DNA of 62,991 bases, filler included, from Octopus bimaculoides (Eukaryota): the NCBI RefSeq assembly GCF_001194135.2. It is 4 parts of 4 records of this genome, joined end to end, with 100 filler letters (N's around TTAATTAATTAA, not from the genome) between each part and the next. Parts side by side here need not be neighbours in the genome. Positions count along the whole stretch, not along the records: positions 46,024 to 58,916 come from NC_068984.1; positions 59,017 to 62,991 come from NC_068988.1; 2 more parts are not named here. One strand, written 5' to 3'. The notes under the pieces were generated by a model. That model saw nothing but the letters and a program-made list of their open reading frames with translations, did no database searches and had not been told where the DNA came from. The translations under genes and the position numbers were made by a program. Below, in pieces: positions 46,030 through 59,192 of the stretch (within the stretch, counting starts at the first letter, position 1; each line of letters begins with the position of its first letter).

Positions 46030-46293
46030 TGTTATATGGACTGTTAGATATGTAATTCGTCTGACGTTCCGTGTGTCATGTGGTTCGTCTGAGTTCATTG
46101 TTTCATTGTTGTTGTCTTGTGGGACTGTCGTAGTAAAATGTCATTGATATATATATGGCGGACATGACTTTTGTTTATTCATAACGAACATTGGGTGAGT
46201 GCGTTCTTTGTATGTAATTGAACATTAAATGTAATAATTAAATTGTATAACTCGTTATGTTATCTCTACGAGTCACCCGAGGGAAACATAACA
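46030..46293. mobile_element. Solo LTR, 264 bp
   Basis: TGTTAT..ATAACA termini and 5-bp target-site duplication GTACC (46025-46029, 46294-46298). Confidence 0.8.
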
Positions 46294-47439
46294 GTACCCA
46301 CATTCCATTATCCTATTGGTGAGATAGATGCAGTTGGTGTTTAAGTTAAATATTTGGCATTAGACGTGGACCGAAAAATTGAGGACGGAGAGAGAATTCT
46401 AGAAAGTAAGTAGTTCTAGACAGAAAGTTTTTAGAAGGTGATCTCGGAGGAAATGGAGTAGAATTTGCAAGTGCTGGAGGATGAAAAGTAAAAAGATAGA
46501 CTTGATCAGTCTACTGGACTGGATGAGTCGGCTGGACTGGACCAATCGGCTGGACTGGAATAGGCACTCCTTCAGATAGCATCTCTAGAAAAGCAAAAGC
46601 AGAGATTATAACAAACGTTTCGAAATATCTTTCAGGAAAATTCGCAATTCTTTAATTGAACACTTGTATGCAAAGGAATTTTCCAGCAATAGGCCACCTC
46701 GTACCCGCAGAGAATGTTTATCATATAACTACATCACAATCAACTCTTGTGTGAAGATTATTGTTTCAGAACTGGTATTTATTTAACCAGCTTTCTTTCT
46801 GTAGGCGGATTGCATTGTTTTTTATTTATTTATTTATTTACTGACGCACAGCATTCTGTATGTTTGATTACAACAATAAAAAGTATTGATATACTATGTG
46901 ATTAAAAAACAAAATTACTCTATTTGTTTTATATAAGTTTACAAATGTGATATTTATAGCATAAAAAAAGAGCATTCCACTCAACTGTAAATTATTTTCG
47001 ACTTTGATTTTGTTTTTTATTCAGTGTACATAAGTATGAAGCTTGGCACAAAAAAGAAACACGTCAAGAAAAACAACTTCAATTAAAAGAAATATTAAAA
47101 AACTGTTGAGGCTTGATAGGCAGGCTGACTTGTGACAAACGAACGCCCAACGCTACCGGAGCTTCACACTATGTTAGCGGATGTTTAACAAATTGATGCG
47201 GCTTCAGTGCAACATATAAATAATACATAAATCATGATATATGTTTTGTATTTATATATTAATATGTGTGAATGATATGAACGAAAGGTAATAGGAATGT
47301 ATACAAGTTCATTATATATGTTTGTGTATCTGGTTATGTGTGTGTGTGCGTGTGTGTGTGTATGTGTGTGTGTGTGTGTGTGTTTACATTAAATTATATA
47401 AATATATACATTATATGTATGTAATGTTTTATACGTGCA

Positions 47440-47680
47440 GACATGGCTGTGTGGTTAAGAAGCTCTGTATGCAACCACGTGTCCTGTGTTTAGTTCCACT
47501 TCGAGGCATCTTAGCCAACCAATTTGAATAAATCTTGTAGCTGGAAACTATGGAAGCCCATTGTTACTATTTGACAAATGTCGGGCAGGCTTTAAGATAA
47601 GTACCGGGATCGATTTATTTGACTAAACTTTTCAAGGTGGTGCCCCAGCCCCAAAATGACTAAATCAAGTAAAAAAAAGA
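47440..47680 (+). mobile_element. Diverged SINE B-like copy
   Basis: tggctgtgtggttaagaagct..gttccacttcgaggcatcttag..tcaaggtggtgcccc. Confidence 0.55.
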
Positions 47681-47685
47681 ATATA

Positions 47686-47689
<4 letters not shown>

Positions 47690-47768
<79 letters not shown>
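47690..47768. repeat. (TA)n microsatellite
   Basis: Directly visible. Confidence 0.95.
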
Positions 47769-47775
<7 letters not shown>

Positions 47776-48409
47776 CAGGCTAGATAATTACCAAGTACTG
47801 CTCAGAGGGATCAGATTCTTAAACTCTAACTTCCTCATCGGGATGAGATACTCCCATGTATTCTTTCCTTATGATGGTGGAGAGATCTGAAGGAAATTTG
47901 GCTGCTATATTTAGCAGATCATGCACCAGTGTTGAGACCCTCTATTATTGGTTCGAACTAAAGTTTGTTGGTGTGCGATCCTAGATAGGTGAAAAGAAAA
48001 CTGTAATGAAAGGCGTTCCAATTGTAACAATTCCGTCATACGTATATCAGTATCTATTTTTTTCAATACAGCCTATATTTAGGCTGATTTGTAACAGTTT
48101 TGGTTGCTGTTTCCACGAAGTTGAGTGACTGCTTAATTGTTGTGTTTGTTTACCAAACTCTGCAGTAAGTGCGCTTGGTGCTAAGAAAGAGACCCGCAAA
48201 ACACTCTCTGTTCCATTATTTATGTAAATACATAGATGCCAAGCAAATCTAAGCATGTAAAAGAATAGTGTAAGATTGTTCAGAAACCAAATAAAACTAT
48301 AATTTGAATCAACGCTTAAGTTACATAGAATGTGTCTTTCTTTCTACCCATTATTTAACGCATTTCGTTGGTATACTGCAGCAAACCATTCTCATTTTAA
48401 TGACTCTAA

Positions 48410-48735
48410 ATGGCATTCCGTCCACGACGACAACAAGGGTTCCAGTTGATCCAATCAACGGAACAGCCTACTCGTGAAATTAACGTGCAAGTGGCTGACC
48501 ACTCCACAGACACGTGTACCCTTAATGTAGTTCTCAGGGAGATTCAACGTGACACAGAGTGTGACAAGGCTGGCCCTTTGAAATACGGGTACTAACCATC
48601 TTTACCAGCTGAGTAGACTGAAGCAGCGTGAAATGAAGTGCCTCGATCAAGAACACAACGCGTCGCCACGAATTGAACTCACAACCTTACGATCATGAGC
48701 TAAATACCCTAACAGCTAATCCATGCGACTTCACA
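48410..48735 (-). mobile_element. SINE family C, near full length
   Basis: gggttccagttgatcc..acacgtgtacccttaa..gaattgaactcacaacc. Confidence 0.85.
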
Positions 48736-49319
48736 ATATATATTACTAAAATTAACAAGTCATTCGCAGATAGTTGAAATAGCTCAGTTACAAGAGCATT
48801 TAATCCGTAATCTTAAGGTCTCTCACTTAATCTTCGATTCCTGTCTTGCTATTGAAATTATCACTAATCAAAATTTCTATAGTTAAAACTATTTGGAGAG
48901 TACAACAGGAAAAGATATTTCGGTCACAAATATGCATATCGATGCATAATCAATATTGTGTGTGTGTGTGTGTGTACATATATACAAACGTAGACGTGGT
49001 ATAGGAGCCAGCCTGACTTTATAGGCTCTGGCACGGCTCTGTGGTTGAGGAGCTCGCTTCCCAACCAAGCAGCCTTGGGTTCAGTTCTACTATGCAGCAT
49101 CTTGAACAAGTGTCTTCTACTTTAATGCCTTGAGGAGCTATTAGTCGAATGAATCGACATCACAACTTATTTTTTTTGAAGCCTGGTATTCATTCTATCG
49201 GTTTATTTTGCTGAACGGGGACGTAAACACGACACCAGCTGTCAAGCAGTGGAGGGGGACAAACACGCACACGCGCGCACACAGACACCGCCCTACACAC
49301 ACATATATTCTTTTATTCT

Positions 49320-49640
49320 TTTTCTTGTTTCAGTCATATGACTACAGCCATGCTGGAGCACCACCTTAACGGATTTTAGTCGAAGAAATCGACTCCAGAA
49401 CTTATTCTTTGTGAGCCTAGTACTTATTCTATCGGCCTTTTTTGCCGAACCGCTAAGTTACGGCGACATAAACACACCGACATCGGTTGTTAAGCGACGG
49501 TGGGGGTGGGGTCAAACACAGACACAAAACCACACATATATATTCCTGATATTAATATACAACGGGCTTCTTTCAGTTTCTGTCTTCCAAATTCACTCAC
49601 AAGGCTTTAGTCGACCCGAGGCTATACTAGAAGGCACTTA
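49320..49640 (-). mobile_element. SINE family B
   Basis: cttgtttcagtcatatgactacagccatgctggagcacc..cactcacaaggctttagtcgacccgagg. Confidence 0.8.
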
Positions 49641-50049
49641 CCCAAGTGAAGATACGATCAGACACACCCACATGTACATACATTTCGTCATTCATTACCT
49701 GTATATACTAGTTCTCATACACTGCGTTCACAATACTCATATGAACACTGTAGAAAACACTGGAAGCACACACATGCACACAGATCAATATCACACCAAC
49801 ATACATACATAAATAAGCGTACACATAATTTAAACACAATCTGCACACTTCTCAGCTTTTCTCGTAAACATTAACACATGCACACACAAACTTTAATATT
49901 CCTAGGCACACACACCCATATATGCACACGGGCACACACATAACTTAAATATATTTTCTTTATTGTTCCTATCCGTATGAAACCTTCTTCATTTTCTGTC
50001 ACTACCATTCTTTCCACCTCAAGACATCCTCGTTACCCACGCATTTTTC

Positions 50050-50200
50050 TTTCTTTCCTCTACAGTTTTTCCTTTTGAATATCTAACTTTCTGAAAAAGA
50101 TCTTGAGCTCGAAACGTCAAACATACTTGTATTTTTTAATCTCTTAATGAGCGTCAACCCAATAATTATACATTATTTTTCATTGCCTCTGTTGTTATTC
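50050..50200 (+). mobile_element. Penelope-like pseudo-LTR fragment, relative of 14380
   Basis: ttt-CTGAAAA..gctc-GAAACGTC-aaa then gagcgtca. Confidence 0.45.
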
Positions 50201-50256
50201 TCGTCGTTAATTTTGAACACTAAACATACATACATACATACATACATACATACATA

Positions 50257-50311
<55 letters not shown>

Positions 50312-50404
50312 AGAGAAGGAAAATAAATGGAAGTTAAAAGTCTGTTTATTCCCGACGATCGTTTCGACTGTCATGCACTGGTAACTTATAGGTGAGATGC
50401 TGTG

Positions 50405-51400
50405 CAAATATTTATGCTGTCTTCTCTTATCTTGTAACGGCATTCACTCAGGAGGGGTTAAGCCGGCTTCTATTGAGTTCACCGCGTTACGAGTCAAAAC
50501 AGTCTATGCACGTCTATCGGTGGCCTATTTTACAGTGTGTTAAAGCCATTCCCAGTTCCAGCACCGAACGCCAAAGACTCGAGGGCCGGAAACGAGGTCC
50601 ATATCCACTTCGACTGTTGTGAGCCAAGTCTTCAGTTGACCACCTCTCCGCTTACGCCAACCCGAGGGAGGATCTCGTGCTATTGCTTTCCAGACGAGCT
50701 CGTCATGAGGACACCACAACGCGTGACCAAACCACTGTAGTCTCCTCGTCAGAAGAGTTCCCTCAAGCGGTGTGAAACCGCAGCGAGCGTAAAGTTGGCG
50801 ATTCGAAAAGCACTCTGAGATACGCAGTGGAAGAAGATGAGAAATATAGAAGCGATCGAAGACCTCCAGCTTCTGGAGATCAGCAACACACATTGGCCAG
50901 GTCTTACAACCAGAGAGGAGAACCATTCAGACAAGCACCTAGTAAATACGGCATTTCGTTGCTATGCGGGTCTCCTAACGTGACCACAAGGACTTATGGA
51001 GACAGCAGAAGGCCAACCGCGCGCGATTGATCCGAATGGAGATCTCGTCCTTCCCCTGGTCAATGGCGGTAAAAGTAAATCTGAGATATGTGAACTCCTC
51101 AATCTCCTCCACAGACTCTCCATCAAAATGAATAGTGACCCTGGAGGAGGGGCTATGTTAGCTGAGAAGACCTTCGTTTTCGAGGCGTTGGTAGTCATTC
51201 CAACTCTTGCGGGGGCGAAGTTTATCCCATTAAGAGCGCATTGGATGTTGCCATAGGACTCCTCTAGAATATCCAATCGATGACGAAATAAAAAAGAATG
51301 GGTGATAGATCACAACTTTGGCGAGCACCCGTCTGAACGGTGAATAAATCACCATAGCACCGTACTCTGGTTCTCGTAGGGGCATAATACCAGAAACTGT
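50405..51400 (-). mobile_element. RTE-clade LINE 3' fragment lacking the YADD block
   Basis: VQTGARQSCDLSPILFYFVIDWI, NASKTKVF, FTYLGS-type segment, LLSGCKTWP, RRLQWFGHAL..WRKRRGGQLKTW. Confidence 0.88.
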
Positions 51401-51587
51401 ATTTGTGGTGCATCTTATATATCTATATATTTATGCATAATACTTGTATACTTGTATACATGACACATGCGCACGCGTATATAAAAACATTGTGTGTGTG
51501 TATGTGCGTTCGTGTTGCTTGTGCGTGTGTGTACAAAGAGAGAGAGAGAGAGAAATTGGGAGTGCGATATCTGGAAAGACTTTTGAA

Positions 51588-51963
51588 TGTTGTTGGCACT
51601 CCGTCGCTGACGACGACGAGGGTTCCAGTTGATCCGATCAACGGAACAGCCTGCTCATGAACTTAACGTGCAAGTGGCTGAGCACGCCACAGACACGTGT
51701 ACCCTTAACGTAGTTCTCGGGGATATTCAGCGTGACAAGGCTGACCCTTTGAATTACAGGCACAACAGAAAGAGGAAGAAAGAGTGAGAGAAAGTTGTGG
51801 TGGAAGAGTACAGCAGGGTTCGCCACCATCCCCTGCCGGAGGCCTCGTGGAGCTTTAGGTGTTTTCGCTCAATAAACACACACAACGCCCGGTCTGGGAA
51901 TCGAAACCGCGATCCTATGACCGCGAGTCCGCTGCCCTAACCACTGGGCCATTGCGCCTCCAC
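51588..51963 (-). mobile_element. Little-diverged SINE with a tRNA(Arg)-like head and a family C tail
   Basis: gtggaggcgcaatggcccagtggttagggcagcggactcgcgg..ggtttcgattccc; unique middle; family C tail. Confidence 0.85.
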
Positions 51964-52096
51964 TCTTTTGAATGTAAAGCTGCAGGAAAATACACGTACA
52001 CAAAACGCAGTATTTGTAAATGTATGCGTGGACACCATTTTTTTCACGTAAGTAGATGTGCGTATATGTATTTGTGTATTTGTGTATATGTATTTG

Positions 52097-52131
<35 letters not shown>

Positions 52132-52826
52132 TTGTGTATATGTATTTGTGTATTTGCGTGCATCTCAGTGTTTGCATGTGTATGGATGTGTATATATGCG
52201 AGTATTTTCTTTCTTTGTTTTTTTTTTTTTGTGGCTGAGTTTTTTTATGCGCGTCTTCTGTTGGTATTTCTTTTGGAGCCGACAGAGGTATTTCGCTTTT
52301 GATTAAATATTTAGAAGAGTTGTTTCATAAAACAACAAAAGGTTGCTTGATTTGCTTCATTATCTCATTCTAAATTCATTTATATACTAATTGGTTTTCA
52401 TCCCTTTATTGTTTTCATTTCCTTGACATTCGCACAATAATTAGCATATATTTCCTCCTTTTCCGAAACTACATATCTCTTAAGCTCTCGTCTCTCAAGT
52501 TGCTTCGCACCGTCTGGGATACACATTTATATATACGCACATAAATACATACATATGTACACGCAAACATTCATACATGTATACACACACATGTATATAT
52601 ATATTGGTAATTAATCGATATTAATTAATATATGATTTTTACCCTATGTTAATGTATTAACCATAACCAAGTTCTCAAACTGGATATATGCGACGCAGTA
52701 AATATTTTCTGCAGACATATTCCTGGAATTAGCGCGCCAAAACGAAAACTTTTGAATTTTACCATTAAGCTGTAATTAACAGAACCACATACACGTGCAC
52801 CTATGACGGTGGGCAATTTTGTATAG

Positions 52827-52880
52827 GGTTCTGAGGATTATGGTTACATTACGAATAGGCTGAAGAGAAACAGACAGTCG
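52827..52880 (+). CDS. Candidate 54-nt exon
   Basis: ttttgtatAG| and TCG|GTAAGA; only phase 0 open: GSEDYGYITNRLKRNRQS. Confidence 0.22.
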
Positions 52881-53540
52881 GTAAGATTGTTAATTTCGAA
52901 ATCGGTCCCTGTTTAATAATGATTTTTTTCGGTAATTTTAAATGTCTTGCCCGCTTACGCTTTGGTATTCCGCTNNNNNNNNNNNNNNNNNNNNNNNNNN
53001 NNNNNNNNNNNNNNNNNNNNNNNNNNNNNNNNNNNNNNNNNNNNNNNNNNNNNNNNNNNNNNNNNNNNNNNNNNNNNNNNNNNNNNNNNNNNNNNNNNNN
53101 NNNNNNNNNNNNNNNNNNNNNNNNNNNNNNNNNNNNNNNNNNNNNNNNNNNNNNNNNNNNNNNNNNNNNNNNNNNNNNNNNNNNNNNNNNNNNNNNNNNN
53201 NNNNNNNNNNNNNNNNNNNNNNNNNNNNNNNNNNNNNNNNNNNNNNNNNNNNNNNNNNNNNNNNNNNNNNNNNNNNNNNNNNNNNNNNNNNNNNNNNNNN
53301 NNNNNNNNNNNNNNNNNNNNNNNNNNNNNNNNNNATATATATATATATATATATATATATATACGTGTGTACGTATGTATGTATGTATGTGGATGTAAAT
53401 ATACATGTGGGCATATTTAAGCAGCTTTATAACCAAATGTCTTTCCGACAATCTCTTTCCCAATCCGCATACATAATTATATGTATGTATATGTGTGTGT
53501 GCGTGCACGTGTATGTGTGTGTGTTCATGTGTGAATAGCT

Positions 53541-53599
<59 letters not shown>

Positions 53600-54129
53600 G
53601 CTACAGCTATATAAAGAAAGAGGGGTGAGCCGGAGAGACAGAGAAAAGAGAGATGGAAAGAAAGAAAGAAGAAAGAAAGAAAGAAAGAGAGAAAGAAATA
53701 AAGAAAGAAAGGAAAGAGAGGGAGGGTGAGTGGTAGGCTGTGGAATAAACTCTTATATTCACCTATACGTAGTTTGACATATACTAATATATTGACTTCT
53801 TTTGCGCACTCCAGGACACATGCACTCACATACACACGCGCGCTCACATACGCACGCATTCACACTTATACGCACATAAACCTCTATTGATGCACATGCA
53901 ATGAAATTGTTTACCAAGTGAATATTTCACACTCACCGTCTCCGTTTTCTTTATTTTTATAATTTATTTTTATTTTGTCAGGTTACACTTAAAACAAAGA
54001 AAAAAGAAGCAAGAATAAAGTTTCTTTAAGGCCAGTTTTTGGGGTCAAGTATTTGGTTTTATTTTCACTTCCACCATTTCATTTCCTGTTTTGAATGTTT
54101 TGTTAATATTGGTATTGGACGAACTCATT

Positions 54130-54470
54130 CAATACATGTTCTTTTCTTTTCTTTTTCTTATTTCGACCCTACGATTTATTTTTTTGTAAGCCTAGTACTT
54201 ATTCTATTGGTCTGTTTTGTCGAACTGCTAAGGTACAGGGACGTAAACACACGAGCATCGGCTGTCACGTGACGGTAAAGGCAAACACATAAATATATAC
54301 ATATATATATGCAATGGGCATCTTTCACTTACCGTCTACCAAATCCACTCAAGGCTTTGGTCGGCCTGACGTTATAATAAAAGACATTTGCCAAAGGTAC
54401 CACACGGTAGGACTGAACCCGGGACCATATGATTGGAAAGTAAGCTTCTTCCCACACAGCCACGCCCGCA
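54130..54470 (-). mobile_element. SINE family B, diverged
   Basis: gtaagcctagtacttattctattgg..ccgtctaccaaatccactc..ggactgaacccggg. Confidence 0.8.
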
Positions 54471-55139
54471 CCTACATACTTCATTTCATTTTACTATATA
54501 TACTATATATTCTATATCCTACATTTATATTACAAGAATATAAATAAAACATAAAAAAACAGAGTTGGAATTCTTTTAAATAATATATATATANNNNNNN
54601 NNNNNNNNNNNNNNNNNNNNNNNNNNNNNNNNNNNNNNNNNNNNNNNNNNNNNNNNNNNNNNNNNNNNNNNNNNNTATACTTCTAATATAGGATAAATCT
54701 TTTACTTGTTTCAGTCATTAGACTGCGGCCATATACACATATTTTTATGTATGTGTGCATGCACATATTTAAGTATATGTGAGTGAGTGCATGAGTGTGT
54801 ACGTGTGTATGGTTGTATGAATGTAAGGATGGATAGATGCAAGTATGCATGTATGTATACTGCCGGTTCTAAATGCATCGCATAGTTTTTATTTTTGAAT
54901 AATTCCGGCCCGATCGATTTGGCCAATGCGAACCCATTGTTTATGACGTTTTTTAAAGACATTCCACAATTGAATGATGCAGAATTCAAATTTATAATGG
55001 AGCGCAATCGATTACATAATCATGAATATTCCAAAAGTTCGAATTTAGTAACCAGCTATTTCAGTGTATAAATCTAACGGGGAATCGGACAATAAATTAG
55101 AAGCAAAATAAGTTGGAGAATAAAGCGATAGTAAGAAGT

Positions 55140-55300
55140 GGAGACAAGCAGATTACATCCACCAAATACTTCACGAGTACATTATTTTTTTGACCCCGAA
55201 AAGCAAAAATCTATTGTTGACCTCGGTGGCATTTGAACTCAGAACGTGAAGAGCCACAAGAAATACCGCAAGGCATTTTTTTCAGGTGCTTTATGGATTC
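55140..55300 (-). mobile_element. SINE family A, diverged
   Basis: gaccccgaaaag..gacctcggtggcatttgaactcagaacgtgaag. Confidence 0.7.
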
Positions 55301-56063
55301 TGCTTGTAATAATTGTCTATAACATTAGGCATAAGGCCTGAATTTATTTTTTTTATTGTGAATGTGGTTAGAAAAATACAAGAGAAAGAGGACATCTATG
55401 GACTATTGATAAGGTGAAAGTGTGTCCAAGACACTTTCAGCTTCATACCTGTAATTAAGCAACAGCATACATACCAGCCCCTCTGGAGCAAAGTATGGCC
55501 GAACTTGGGATCTTAGGCAGAGAATACCAATCTTTAATTCATATGCTACAAATAATCGCATATCTGGGACTATAAAAATCTGCAGGACCTTCTTAAGATT
55601 GAAAGGTGATGGTTAAGATACTTTCCATCACAACCTTGCTTCGAAGTAGGGGGCCAATCAAAATTTACTCTAAAATTAAAGAGAGAGAGAAGAACAAACA
55701 TACATACATGCACACACACAAACACACAAACACACACACACACACACACACACATACATGCATACATACATAGACGCCTTGTTTACGAAACTAGGAGTAC
55801 ATTTTCATGTCACGTATTTACGTATTTTAATATACCTCGTTTCTTTCCGCCGGATCTGACGTCATAATTACGAGTGAAGTTTGACATTCTTGTCTTCTTC
55901 TTTAACAGATTCAGTGATATTTACATTATTTTTTTTTTTTTCTAACAAGTTGATAGTTATCTGCTTTATAGACGATGTCATAAATATCCGGCTGCTGCTC
56001 AAACTTCGCTTAAATCATTGAAAAAAAGTATCAATTCGAAATATCCACCCCACCTCCTTTTTT

Positions 56064-56137
<74 letters not shown>

Positions 56138-56207
56138 CTTCTTCTTCTTCTTCTNNNNNNNNNNACCGTCTTCATTTTCTTCCCAAAACCCTTAACGTTT
56201 TCTTTAT

Positions 56208-56245
<38 letters not shown>

Positions 56246-56469
56246 CTTATATCATCTCATATCCACCCACTTGCAACCCTTTTTTCCTCACATAATTTTT
56301 CTTACATCTCAAAAAGAAAACATCGGGGTGGATAACTTTAGCTACGTCGCTCTTTATCGTCATCCCTTTTCCGTTTATATGGTCAATCCGTCTCTGTTTG
56401 TTTGTCTGTCTGTCTCTCTCCCTTTCTTTATCCATCCATCCATCCATCCATCCATCCATCCATCCATCC

Positions 56470-56501
<32 letters not shown>

Positions 56502-56837
56502 GTCTATCTATCTTTATCTTCTAATCCCCCGCTCTTTCACCTATTCTGTTTTACTCCCACCTCTCCCTATCTCTCTTATTACTCTCACACCCTCTCTCAC
56601 AATGATTTCCGTCTACCAACTTACGAAACCATCAATTTTTCTTTTCCCTCTCTTAACTTCCCCACGAAATTTCTCTTTCGTCTAAAAGAGAAAATGTAGT
56701 GCAATGTGGGTTTTGGAGAGAAGATATATTATTGCCAGCAAGGCCAGATAGTCGTATCCTAAAAGAACCGAGTGATCCAGATAAATCAAAACGCTGAACA
56801 CCACATGACGCCGGTAAAATTTACAGTGTGTCTTAGT

Positions 56838-56870
<33 letters not shown>

Positions 56871-57244
56871 AGCCAAAACGGCGGAGAAGAGGAAGAAGAA
56901 AAGAAAAGAGAAAAAAGTAAACGCAACAACAACAACAAAAACAATGCCAGCAACAGCAACGAAGATGTAATAGCTGGGAAGGCATTACAAATTCAATATT
57001 ATTTACAACAACGACATTTCGCGTAGATGTGTTTTAGAGAATGGTGGTTACGATGAATGGAGGAGACGTCAGAAAAATACAAGCTGAAGCGTCGGCAGTT
57101 TCAACAGGACCCCCTATAAGTGTCGTCCCGCCTCGCTCTGCGTCATTTACGGGTCTCGTCGTCGTAAAAGTTCGTGTGATTTTACTTGGTTTATACTTTA
57201 AATGCATGAACATATTTGCACGCACACATACACACATACACACA

Positions 57245-57808
57245 TACTCTCTTTACTTGTTACAGTCATTTGACTGCGGCCATGCTGGAGCACCGCCTTT
57301 AGTCGAGCAAATCGACCCCAGGACTTATTCTTTGGATGTTTAGTACTTATTCTATTGGTCTCTTTTGCCGAACCGCTAAGTTACGGCGACATAAACACAC
57401 CAGCATCAGTTGTCAAGCGATGTTAAGGGGACAAACACAGACACACAAACATACACACACAGACACACAAACATACACACACACANNNNNNNNNNNNNNN
57501 NNNNNNNNNNNNNNNNNNNNNNNNNNNNNNNNNNNNNNNNNNNNNNNNNNNNNNNNNNNNNNNNNNNNNNNNNNNNNNNNNNNNNNNNNNNNNNNNNNNN
57601 NNNNNNNNNNNNNNNNNNNNNNNNNNNNNNNNNNNNNNNNNNNNNNNNNNNNNNNNNNNNNNNNNNNNNNNNNNNNNNNNNNNNNNNNNNNNNNNNNNNN
57701 NNNNNNNNNNNNNNNNNNNNNNNNNNNNNNNNNNNNCCACGCAGTGGGAATGAACCCGGAACCATGTGGTTGGTAAGCAAGCTACTTACCACACAGCCAC
57801 TCCTGCGC
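57245..57808 (-). mobile_element. SINE family B spanning a gap
   Basis: Tail at 57245-57480, head at 57737-57808. Confidence 0.85.
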
Positions 57809-57873
57809 CTACGGATACAAGAGCCCATCAACTGTCTCACTTTCACTCACTTACACGCACACACTCACACACG

Positions 57874-57916
<43 letters not shown>

Positions 57917-58264
57917 TCATTGTACGCATATACTTTATATACAAAACTTTATACGTGCATATACTCTCAGAGTCATACTGGTACACACAAGTGGAAAGAA
58001 AAAAAATCAGAAATCACATATAAAGTGTATTGTATGAATCAAATGCATATTAAGTGTAAATGTGTGTGTGTATATGTGTGCATGTGTGTGTGTGTGTGTG
58101 TGTGTGCTTGCGTGCGTACATTGATAAAAAGCTGTTACTCCGTCAGGTTTCATAACATCCGGGTTCTTCGAACCGGGCACCATTCATCAGGTCCCAAGAA
58201 GACACAGAAACAAAGTGATATAACGCTGAGCACAAGGAAGAAAACTTTTGAATTTCTATGTGAC

Positions 58265-58670
58265 TTGTCGTCGTCGTCGTCGTCATCACAACCACCACCA
58301 CCACCACCACCATCATCATCTTCACTACCACTACCACCGTCATCATTATCATCATCGTCATTATCGCTGTCATCGTCATCATTATCATCATCATCAGCAG
58401 CAGCATCATCCTCATCATCGTCGTTGTCGCTGTCATCATTTTATCGTCCACTTTCCCATGCTTGTATGGATCAGACAGAATTCGTTCAGGCAGATTTCCT
58501 ACATCCGGCTTCCCCTCTTGCCACTAACCACTACTTATTTTCAAGCAGAGTAATATTTCATCTTGTCTGGACATGTTTCCACGGAAGATGGGGAAATAAC
58601 AAACACCGCTTGTACAACAACAGAGCTCGTTTACAAATATCGTGCCATGTCATGACAAGGGGATAGAAAT
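58265..58670 (-). mobile_element. SINE family D variant with expanded (CAT)n-type tail
   Basis: tcgtccactttcccatgcttgtatggatcagac..gtaatattt..tttacaaatatcgtgccatgtcatgacaagg; relative of 11550. Confidence 0.6.
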
Positions 58671-58749
58671 TCCTACCAGCTGATAAAAGAAATTGCTGTG
58701 GGTTTAATGCCAAAACAAACAGAAGCACCGATAGACTGTCGCCTTGGAA

Positions 58750-58786
<37 letters not shown>

Positions 58787-58869
58787 CTTGTGTATATATG
58801 TGCATGTTCGGGTCGACCAAAGCCTTGTGAGTGGATTCGGTACACTGAAACTGAAAGAAGCCCGTCGTA

Positions 58870-58916
<47 letters not shown>

Positions 58917-59016
58917 NNNNNNNNNNNNNNNNNNNNNNNNNNNNNNNNNNNNNNNNNNNNTTAATTAATTAANNNNNNNNNNNNNNNNNNNNNNNNNNNN
59001 NNNNNNNNNNNNNNNN

Positions 59017-59192
59017 GAAGAAGAAGAAGAAGAAGAAGAAGAAGAAGAAGAAGAAGAAGAAGAAGAAGAAGAAGAAGAAGAAGAAGAAGAAAAAGAAGAC
59101 GACGACGACGACGACGACGAAGAAGAAGAAGAAGAAGAAGAAGAAGAAGAAGAAGAAGAAGAAGAAGAAGAAGAAGAAGAAGAAGAAGAAGA
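59017..59192. repeat. (GAA)n/(GAC)n array
   Basis: Directly visible. Confidence 0.95.

Noticed and set aside
55909-56030. Two strong-looking plus-strand acceptors (55908 and 55950)
   Set aside because: No convincing donor follows and the frame runs into a (CTA)n/(CTT)n microsatellite
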